The notes beneath the pieces were generated by a model. It made no database searches. It was not told the origin of the DNA and saw nothing but the letters and a program-made list of their open reading frames with translations. Below, in pieces: positions 53,180-64,000 of a stretch of DNA of 64,000 bases; position 1 is the first letter of the stretch, and the number at the start of each line of letters is the position of its first letter. This DNA is from Spironucleus salmonicida. Lineage: Eukaryota. The position numbers and the translations under genes were made by a program. The DNA is taken from assembly GCF_000497125.1 (NCBI RefSeq), contig NC_090596.1, forward strand, positions 1,798,001 to 1,862,000, in the 5' to 3' direction.

Positions 53180-54643
53180 TCATTCTTAGTGTAGTAATAT
53201 ATTTAGCTTTGCTTTAAAGACATCATACCCACAAGATATATACTCATTTATATTTAATAATTTAGTTTCTAGTAAAGAAATTAATTTTTACTCCTAGAAT
53301 TAAATTGACGATACTTAATCAATAAAAGAATGTCGTAATTTTTATTCTGACATAAGATATTAAACAATTGAAACAGACCTAGGAACAAATAATTTTAGAT
53401 CAACATCATAAAATAAATACAACTCCATTTATGTCTTCATAAAAAATTAAAGAAGATTATTTCGATCAATAATCTACTAATAAAGTGTGTACATTGGTTG
53501 ATCAATTAATTGACTAAGCTGTTTTAATTTTCTGTACTCATTGTTTATAGAATCAAACTAAACTATTTAAAGCAGTTTCTATAGCTAAAGATCAATTTTA
53601 TTAAAAGTATCTATAGCAGGTAATACATTAGGAAATTTATAATAGACATGATTCTTAACTATAAGTTATTAATCTTTAAACCAATTTGAATAATAATCTA
53701 TATAAAATTTCAATGGTTGCTCTCCTAAAACTGTTGTAAAGTCCTTTACTTTATCTTAAATAGAAATACCTTCAACTACAAGAACAATTAGTTAGTCTTA
53801 AGATATAATGGGTATTGAGATAAATTATGTCATATTCGGACTTTATTCTTTTAATCTAAATATATTGCATTTTGATATGTTACTTCCATTTAAGATAAAC
53901 TATTAAATTATTGCCCCATTACCTAATGATGGTAAAATTTAATGTAAAAGATAATCTGAATTTTTTATAATAAAATTTTATTTAAATTTCATATCATTAT
54001 AAAAATCTAGGTAATCCTTACTGAATTTATTCGCAACGACTGCGTTTTAGGTCATAAAATAATAGTATAATATTTATATTGTATGTTACACATTATAGTG
54101 TGGACAAAGAAAATATTTTATTGTTTCATAGTTCTAATCTTTTCTAGATATACTGCTAGTTTCTATAATTTTATCAATATGCTCTTTTTTATATAAATGA
54201 AACCTGATGACTGGTATTTTAATTAGTTAGAACTATTACTATACAATATCAATAAAAAACTGTATATCTTATTGATTTTATATTTTTTTCTTAAGTTTAT
54301 TATGTAATAATAATTCGTTTTAAAGGATATTATCATTTACTACTATAGCATTTATAAATAAATTCGGATTTTTGATAATACTACTAATCTCTTAATCAAT
54401 ACTAATCTTTAGAAGCTAAGAAATTCCAAGTTAAAAAGCAATAGTAAGCTGAATCATTTCAAAATAAGATTTTTCTAATAATAATAGGTTTATATTTTTA
54501 AACTAAAGCTGCATATTATAAAAAAATATTTATTAATGCGTATATTTTTATGAAAAATTATTTCGTATATCAGTTTTAAAGGAAACCTGTTTAAATTTTA
54601 TTAAGAATGAATTTACTAAACGCGTATTTAAAATATAATCCAT
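53180..54643 (-). CDS. Hypothetical protein (487 aa)
   Basis: TGA-free 1.46-kb frame. Confidence 0.6.
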
Positions 54644-54954
54644 TTTTATTTTATTTAATATATAGTAAAGTATAATAAAAGTATTAGTATTAAATTTACA
54701 CTTTATTTTTCACTTCTTTATCATTTATTGGGAAAAATTAACGAAAGATGTTATTAATGCCGTTTTGGGATTTTAATTGAATTCATTAGTTGTTTCTCAC
54801 TCATATCTATATATATAGAACTGAGAATATTTATAACTGTACCTCTGTTAATCACTTCGATTTTTGATAAAATTGTAGTTTCAATTGTAGGTAATATTTT
54901 TCAATTATTTATTTATATATTTATAGATATATCACGTCCATTTTCATTTGAAAA

Positions 54955-55371
54955 ATGAACACACCTTATACTTTTAGTCTTCTAAATAATTCGCGAGAAT
55001 ATTCCCCTTTTCCAGAAAATTCCTTCTCGGTTACATTATCATTAAATATTGATGAATGTTCTGATGACTATAATAGCAGTGAAATTTCTCAAGTTTCCTA
55101 TATTTAAGATGATGTTAATAAAGTTTTGATTTCTAATAATGAGTAGTCGTAAACTGATGATTTATTGGTCATTACTGAAACAATTAAAGAATAGTCTGAA
55201 AATTCTTCATCAACATCTATTTCTACAACGTCATATACAGTTAAATCCTTTTCTGTCGCGTAATCTGCGATAGACACTCAGTTAGTTTTGAAGAAGGCTA
55301 AAACAGCTACACTAGAAAGCTTTTTAGATAATGGATTCTTAAAAGGTATTGCTAATATGTATAAAAAGTGA
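54955..55371 (+). CDS. Hypothetical Ser/acidic-rich protein (138 aa)
   Basis: AAAAATG start; ends AAG-TGA. Confidence 0.6.
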
Positions 55372-55718
55372 TGATAATGTATATTATATTTATTATTATT
55401 AATATTATTATTAAGTAAATGACAGAGAGATTTATTAAGCAAGAATAAGTTTATTCCTCTGAGTAATACGATATGCATTATGCATATGATACAGATACAG
55501 GACGAATAGTATATTGGTATGATATTAAATAAAAACTTGAATCAATATTAACCTTATTCGAATAAAATTCTCATATTTATTCTAAAATATTACAATCTAC
55601 ATATATATCACCATCATATCCTGGAAATTATTTAAACATAATATTAAATAAGTAAAAATAGTACAAACTTTAATAAAATGTATTGATTAAATGGATTTTT
55701 AGTTTACATTAAGAGCTA

Positions 55719-56624
55719 ATGTCAAAACCGATTTTAAATCCATCATTAGAGAATATATTTGTTAATACAAGAGATTCTAAAGCTTTCTTTTCATTAAATT
55801 CTTATATAAAGTCTCCTTTAATAGATTTTTAATAACCTTAAAGTGAATTTATATCACATACAGAATTTATAACCTTTTTGAATTAAATTTAGTAAGAGTA
55901 AATGAAGCCTTATGTATTAAAATGCGATCATAAAGTGAAAAGTTGCCTATACTGCAAATAGATATTAGTAGCTTATAAAATTATACTAGATAATTAATAA
56001 ACTACACATGATTCATTTTAATAAATTTACGAGGCTGCTATTCAAGATATTCGTTTAAAAAGTTTATTTGCTATTATAAAAACACCTCACTGCTAGAATT
56101 GTTGTTTATTTAGTTATTATCTTAGTTCACCTAAATTTAATGAGTTAGTAGTTTAAAACACTTCAAGATTTTTATTTGGATGCACATTAGTGTAAATTTT
56201 TAACCACAACCAAATTATAAACTATGCACTTTTAAATGCCTTAATGTTACTTAAAATAAGGATTCCAATTACTGTTTTGTTTCCATTGTTCTTTGAAATG
56301 CCTAAATTAATTTCTACTTTTATATTAGAATTTTTTGATGGTTAACTTTGTTTCGAAAGTTTATAGATCAATCCATTATTCAGCTAAGAATTTATAGTTA
56401 ATGATAGCATATGTATTCCAGTTTTAAGTTGTGAATATAAAAATAAGCGTTAAAATACTATGACTATAATATGGAATAATAACGGGAAAAAAGTTAATCA
56501 ATATATTATGGTGGATGATTCTTTAGATACTGTTGCAGATGCATGCTTTATAGATTCACTTTTACCTGGTGTCTCTAAGATCGATATTTATCGTTGCTTG
56601 AAAGATAAAGGTAGTTGGCAGTGA
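55719..56624 (+). CDS. Hypothetical protein (301 aa) with Cys/His clusters
   Basis: CDHKVKSCLYC and HCQNCC; ends CAG-TGA. Confidence 0.65.
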
Positions 56625-56661
56625 TATTGATTTATATATATTTATATATACTAATTTTTAA

Positions 56662-57540
56662 ATGGATTAGTTGAGTGATTTGCAGATCACTAAAATTATC
56701 ACTATTTTGTTGGATATATCTGGATCTTAAAATTAATTGCATATTGTGAAAACATTATCTGATGTATTATAATAAGTTTATTTACTGTCACCGTCCTAAC
56801 TATAATAACTATCAGGAGCAGTATATGGTAAACCATAAATTTTTAAAATTTTAATAAAGCAGTCTCCAGAAATGTAGATTATATCTTTTAAAATAGTTTA
56901 TGCGTTAATATAGACTTAGATTACTTGTGCAGATTTTGTATTAGGCAATTCTTAATTTATTGATGATCTTGTAACAATATTATTGGTAGATTTTTAAGCA
57001 GACAAGATTTAGTAATTTACAGGTGCTTAAGGCCCAGAATTTGGAACTTATATTGATGAAAATTATCATTTAAATCTTTCTGATTTAGGTTCTAAAATAA
57101 ATGAAAGGCTTGATGCAGCTGGAGCAATTTTGGAAAGTGTTGCACGCCATAGTTCATAAGGGAGAAAAGTATTAGAAAAACGTATTGATGAAATCTTAAA
57201 TGTATTAGTATGCTTTAAAACTATTGAAATATTTTTACCATTAAGAATTATGCATATTTTAAATATCTTGAATTATTTAGTTGTTTTTCTTAAATTAGGA
57301 ATAACTTTTATTAATGATCATAATATGCTTATTATAATAAACTAGTTTTGTGAGAAACTTTTTTATAATAATCCTAGATCTTTAGACTTTTTAACAAATA
57401 AAGCGAAGGAAGTATTCCCAGAAAAGAGTACCTGCTATATTTTCGCAAAAGATGGAAAGCTTGTTCACAAAAATGATGATCTTTATACTGCAAAAATTAG
57501 CTTACTAAGTTTGGCAGAAAAATTGTACACCATGTAGTGA
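56662..57540 (+). CDS. Hypothetical ARM-like helical protein (292 aa)
   Basis: TGA-free frame; ends TAG-TGA. Confidence 0.7.
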
Positions 57541-59984
57541 TTTTCCGATTTAAATATATTATACATTAATTTTGAGTTATTACTAAGAATTTTAAGTTAT
57601 TTTGTTATACTTATTAATTTTGCCATTTTCAAAAGATTTTAATTTACTCTTACATTAAGTATATTTATTTATTATAAAATACAAATCTACACTTACTTTG
57701 TAAATTTATCGTTCTAAAAAGAATTTAATTTGGTTAATTTATTCTATTTACAATATGCTATATTATGACTAAGAGTTACTTTTTGCAAATAAGTATCAAA
57801 ATTCTCCAATATACATAAAAATCTATTTAAAAATTTTATTGTCTATTTATGAAAATTAAAGATGTATTCTGCCAATCTCAGCTTATGCAATATAATTGTA
57901 CTAAATTTTCATCTCATTAAGATAATACAAGTACTTCTATGCACATACCGCACTTGTAAGAGATAGGATAAATGAAAACAAAGATAAAGATAACTTGGAT
58001 CTCATTTATTCAACTCAAGCAAGTGGATACACACACACATAAATGGGAATTTACATCCTTTAGATGTAAAAATTTGCATGACACTTTAATAAAACTCAGT
58101 ACCCCACTTTAACTTAGTATGTCATTACCGATAATATTTTTCTAAATTCCCCACCTAAAAATATTATTTTACCACAATATACTAGAATTCTGAGTAGTAA
58201 TTAAGAACAGAATCATATTAGATAAAGCTGTTTAGCGCTACCGAACGGAATGCTATTTTGCTATAATTACATTTATACAGAAATTTCAACTGATACAACA
58301 TAATTCCAGCTTTTAAACCTAAAAATTGGTATATTTATTCCAAATAGTTAACTCTGTAACGATATCTTTACTACACAAAGTATAATCTAATAGTTTGTTT
58401 CCTAGCTAGCAACTCCTTATCAGCATCTGTTAACGCACCAGAAGCGAAGATTTTTGAGATAAATTTAAATACGTTCCTAATTATTATCTAACAAATTGAT
58501 AGTTTCTAGTCGATAACCGTAATCAAGTTTATCAGTTGCTGGGGGAAATTGCGAAATTGCGATTCGAGCGTTGCAATAGTGGAAAAGGACGTTTCTTTAA
58601 GTTGGAATTTAGGGGATATGCTGCTACGGAGTTTGATGGCAGAATTTGTAACGTGATAACACATTATTAGCATATATTCTACATAATAGCTTTTAATTGA
58701 ATTAGATAAATGCAGATTTAAGCAAGGTGGGCCCTGCTGCAGTTATGGCGCATTAAAGCTTAGAGATGGTCTTTAGAGCAGCTTGGGTTTAGTCATAAAC
58801 CTGAGATTTAAAGGCTTTGGTGCTTTTCTAAATTTGATAATAAAATTGCACTAGTCTCAATTGTTAAAGGGGAATCAAATTTTAGTTGATTTCTAAGGTA
58901 GTGAAAATTATAAGGAATTGGAAAACACTGATTTTGCAAAAATAAGGTGACAGGAAAAAATATATATCAAAATAATATCAATAATTTTTATTTGTTGTTG
59001 ATCTAGTTTAAATTTTAAACTTATAAAATTTATAATAGTTTTAAGTATATACATCACAAATAATAGAGAAATCCTACATATTATTATTAACTAATAGATT
59101 TATTATTATATTAAGATAAATTAATAGAATTTATGCATATTATTATAGACAATAGGTGATGTAGTTTGTAGATATAATAAAGCTTTATTAAAATTTAACC
59201 AAAATTAGAATTAGATTAGTGAGTCACCATTAAGTCCACCACCCAAATTTGGATTTAGAGGTTTCTAAAAGGATTAGCTATTTTATAATTGTTCTTGCGA
59301 ACTATAAAACACCTGAACTTTTCATAAATCAACAAATGTAAATGGGGGGGCTGAATCGTGATTTACTACTATGTATACAGAATGTTATTATCCTATATGC
59401 ATCATTAAGAGCTTTGATAAATATACTATTTACTACTTTAAGTAAAATTTTGCAATGATACAGGCAAGCAACTAGTTTACTTATAAATTAATTATATTCT
59501 AACTGACAAAGTATCATGCTTAATCATAGAATTATTTTCATCAAAGAAATTGAAATATGATAACATAAAATAAATACAGTATAGCAAATAGTAATTATAA
59601 CAGATTGCGTATAAAGACTTATAAAAAGTATTATTATATAATTATGTAAGATTTTTACGATTTGTTTAAATTAAAATAATTAATATATTACTTAATAATA
59701 CAATCTTATATTTTTACTCGACTTTTATTTAATATTATATTAGTATAAAATATTTATATTTATTGAGTTTCAACGCCTCGAAGTATGAAATTAAAGTTTT
59801 GTATTTTAAATTCAAATAGCGAGTTGCTGTTTGAGATTTATGCTACTTTCACAGATAAATTTTTATAAATTAGTAGAGTTTCAGACTAATACAAAATTTC
59901 ATATAGGATTCAAATAATTTAGTGCAAATAAATATTAATACTATTTAAGATTTTCATGTATTTTTAGTAATGTATTCATATAAA

Positions 59985-62387
59985 ATGATATTTAACGATA
60001 TTGAATTGAATAAATTTATTATTAATTACTAAGTTTATGAATGTGAAATTAAAAAATTTAATATTTCTGAACTATGGGCAAACATAGGAATTCTTATATT
60101 ACATTTAGGTTATAATGTATGTTAGAGTTTATAAGAAGTTAAATTTACTCCATAAGCTACTAATTATTTCCATGTTAAAACAAATCTATTTCCTTCTTTT
60201 TAATTTTATGAACTGTAAACAGCTTCTGTACCTCTGTTAAGTTTATCTCCTTTAAATATTACTGTAATTTTATTAAAATATGCTTTGAAACTTACGGATG
60301 AATATAATTCAAGTTTTTTGGCATTTATTTATGGTCTATCTGCTAATTTTTTAACTTTAGCTGATAATAATTAATAATTAAGCAGCACTTAAATTAAAGA
60401 TTTCATGTAATAAGCTGAAAATCTTTATTATAGATCTGATAAAAACGAAAATATAGTAATGCAAAAAGCGGATACTATATTTCACATTCCAATTCATTTT
60501 TTATTGGGTGTATCTATAGATTTCTTTAAATTTTTATGTATTCCCTCTTTTATTTTTAAAACGGAGTATTTTATTGTTCAAACGGTTTCTGAAGGAGATC
60601 AGCAATACATTAGTGACATTAAAAATGGAGTTTTAAGTAACAGTTCCAGATCTGGAAAATCTGTATCTTTGTTATCAACGTATTATTACTATTATTTTTC
60701 GCTAAGAAATACAACAATTTATATTTAGTGTGCAGATAAAAATTCATAACCAATTTATAATAATTCTAGTTTAAATTATTCAAAAGCTTTATCATTACTT
60801 TTTAATTCAGAAAATTATGTCCATGAAGATCTCAAATATTAATAAATCTAAGCGAATATTCGTGAAGAAATAGTTTAATTATATTAATTGAGCTAACAAT
60901 TTATTTCATAAAAGATCTATTTATATAGTTATAATTAGCTATTTGTTAATAGTTCTTCTATAAATTTTTATTAGTTTTATTATAGATTTTAGAAAAATTT
61001 AGATAATTTTTTTAATTTTACTTTATTCAAAATTATAAATTATATAAACAAAACCAAAGATTCTTAAACTTATTTCGATAACATTAGTATTGATGAACAT
61101 GAATAGATATTGAAATACACACTTGATCATTATATTTTTAACGCCCATATTATTTATCCAATAGAATCTACTTATAAATAATTGAAGTTAGATTTTTAGA
61201 ATAATTAAAATATTTAACTTATTAATGTTAAGCAAATAGTATTTATCTTCAATGTATATTAAAACACTATTTTTTGCAATTATTTTGAATAGAAGTAGCT
61301 GATACTATTTGACAAAATTATTAATAAGTATATTCTAAAATTGGAAGGCTATGTCAACTGGTAGGATGAGTAGTATTTATATAGTTAGAATACCTTTAAG
61401 TTATAACTGAGAACTAAATAAAAATAGTCTTTATGTAATATAGTAATAAAATGTAACTAATTTATATTAACTACAAAGGAGGTTATATTAAAAGCAAGTC
61501 AAGATACCATAGTAAGCGCTAAAGATAATTAAGTTTTGGCTAAGACCCATGACGAATCTTGGAGCACTTAGGAAATATCAACGCTTTTAAATTTATTCCA
61601 GTAACTACTAAATATTTGTCCAGATTTTGCCGATAGCAATTTACTGTATGATATCCAAAATATTTTAGATTCTTTTAAGGTGGAACCAAATAACTTACAG
61701 TTCGCTATATACTTAGATAACATTATAAAAGTTTCCAAACAAAATAATACTACGTTATATAGCAAAAACACAATCGCGCTGATAGATTACATTGTGGGGT
61801 ACATTCGTGAATTTATAGCTGACAACCAGTAGTCTTTATCAACGAAAACCAAAGCCGTGGTTGAAAGCTAGGCTTCCAAGGACATTCTCGATCGAGATGA
61901 GTCAGAAGCGTGGGAAAATAACAAAATGTCTTTTATATTTGCTCTTTTTGTGCAACTAGTTGTTTCCTATCCATATTTATAGAAATTTATACAATTATAT
62001 ATTCAAGCAGTATTGAATAAGTCTGAGTAAAATGATGTAAATAAATTTGTTTTATAGGGTAATAGCCATCTTTTATTACTAGTAGACGAAGTTTTGCATT
62101 AATAAAATATAATACGAGAAAAAAATCAAACTAATATTTTAAATAAGTATGAACAATATTTTAGATTAGATAATCTTTTAGATTATTTGTAGTTATTAGT
62201 TTAAAATTCACCATCAATAACACACTAAAGAAATTTAAAACGTAGCACTGATCACTATACTAATTTGATTACTGAGAATGGTAAGTTTCATGGTTTATTC
62301 TTATTCATATAGGAACTATATAATTTAAGATCGATAGTGTCTATATTTTGGAGAAATATCAGTCATTATTTATAGAATAAGAGATGA
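59985..62387 (+). CDS. Hypothetical protein (~800 aa), possibly divergent BRO1/ALIX-like
   Basis: Long TGA-free frame (alternative ATG at 59970); ELWANIGILILHLG and C-terminal NLITENGKFHG weakly recall BRO1 and V-domain motifs. Confidence 0.55.
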
Positions 62388-62439
62388 CCAAACAGATTAA
62401 ATTCTGATTACAAATCAATGTATATATTCTGGAACTGAT

Positions 62440-63984
62440 ATGTCCTTATTCAATTTTCTAAACATTAATAAGATTTAGTAACATTTTTATTCTAGTGGAA
62501 CCTCTTTAGAGTATTAACATGGCAGAATTATTGGATTACCATATCCTCATGTTACATTATGCAAACAGTTAAATAGTAACTAGGAAATAATTATTGCACT
62601 AGCTACGGATGAGTTTTTATAAAGCTATTGTAGATCATTAGCATAAATTAATTATACTGATTACTATAATATTTAATGTCCTGAAAATTCGTTACCAAAA
62701 TAACTTTATTTACCACTTATATCGCCATAATTATGGTTATGTCCAAATAAAAGAGAATAATCTGTGCAGTTATCTTTCAATTCTTTGACTAAACTAAAAA
62801 TCAACAATCAATATTCATATTTTATAAATAAATAAAGTTGCTTTAATAAATATTTTGAAATTAAAAAAGTTAAAACAGCAATCTAATATCATATCAATCT
62901 TGAGGAATAGGTGAAATCGACTTTATTAACTACTTCTTCTGGGTATATTAATTTAAAATATATTGCAGTGTTTTATTATTTAGTATAACAGCAGTTCGAT
63001 GAGTTAATTATTAATATCGATATTTTGAGTATAAAATAATTATTAGTTTAATAGAAGCTTCAATATTTGACAGAAATTAATGCTTTATTATTATTCTTGT
63101 ATACAATTGTTAAAAATGAAAATGTTTTGTCTAAATTTAAATTGATCTTATAAGAATAAAAATTGTGTTCAATGTATTTTAGTATTGTCGGTAGCTTTAT
63201 TTCATAGAGAGAATCAATGGATTTACTAAAAGAGGTATGCTAAGGCTCTAACTTTATATTATTACAATAACCTTTTGACGATTTTATTTATGAAAATACT
63301 AGTTTCAGTTAATTTTAATAAAATATTCGAGCTTATGGTGTTAATTATTCGAAACTAGTTTTTGAATCACTAAAGCAAACAAAATAGATAAAAACCTTAA
63401 TTTGCGCTATCTCTATTGATAAATAGAAGTTTTTTTCTAAATTTTTAAAGATTGACTAAAAACACCCTGACTTTTTAGTTACTTTTCATGGGTTTGAGGG
63501 ACTATAATAAATAAGCAATGTTTAAAATGGAGTTTATTATATTTCATATGCTTCTGGTAATCCAAGCGATGTTGGGTTACACGAAAAAACTAAAAATATT
63601 TCTAGGTCTATTATTTAAGTAGGACCAAATTAATCAGATATTTTGTTTTATTTTTCAGAAATTAATTTGAATTAGTAATTATTGCTTAAATAAGTAGAGG
63701 AACTAAATTAATTTTTGAATAGTCTTAATCAAAAGTAACAATAAATATTTCATTTATATAGTATATTTTATAATATATAATAATTGTTATTATATTCACT
63801 GTTGTGTAAAATAATTATTTACAATCTATATATATCCAAATTATACTTGTACTACTCTAGATTACTTAATATGTTTTTTAAATAATAATATTTATAAGTA
63901 ATGAACATTAAAGTAATTTATATACTGTTTATTTTAAATAATTAGGATATAAAATATTTATCTACCTTTCTAACTAGAGTCTGA
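62440..63984 (+). CDS. Hypothetical protein (up to 514 aa; 3' end uncertain)
   Basis: TGA-free frame; the last ~80 codons have low complexity. Confidence 0.45.
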
Positions 63985-64000
63985 CTTAGTGAATCAAAAA

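Overview
AT-rich, gene-dense eukaryotic DNA with no evident introns, read with a non-standard code: TAA/TAG = Gln and TGA is the only stop. This explains why the supplied standard-code ORF track is fragmentary. The code, AdhE, a flavodiiron protein, Protein-21.1-type ankyrins and very short intergenic gaps point to a hexamitid diplomonad (Spironucleus/Hexamita-like); this is inferred, not searched. Manual re-translation gives about 41 CDSs tiling most of the window, including AdhE, two tandem E2s (one PEX4-like), Rpp30- and Pop5-like RNase P/MRP subunits, a CHFR-like E3, ArfGAP, CEP41, a flavodiiron protein, an IPK, a DOCK GEF, two importin-beta paralogues, DBP7, PPP2R3C and TFB2. Most notable: (1) a perfect 377-bp GC-enriched inverted copy of an internal DOCK segment 13.2 kb away; (2) a flavodiiron protein that has lost most diiron ligands; (3) a PEX4-like E2 with a tandem paralogue; (4) a sharp GC island in which the reassigned codons disappear; (5) a strong AG/AA bias immediately before TGA stops. 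All product calls come from motif recognition by eye, and start codons are best guesses.
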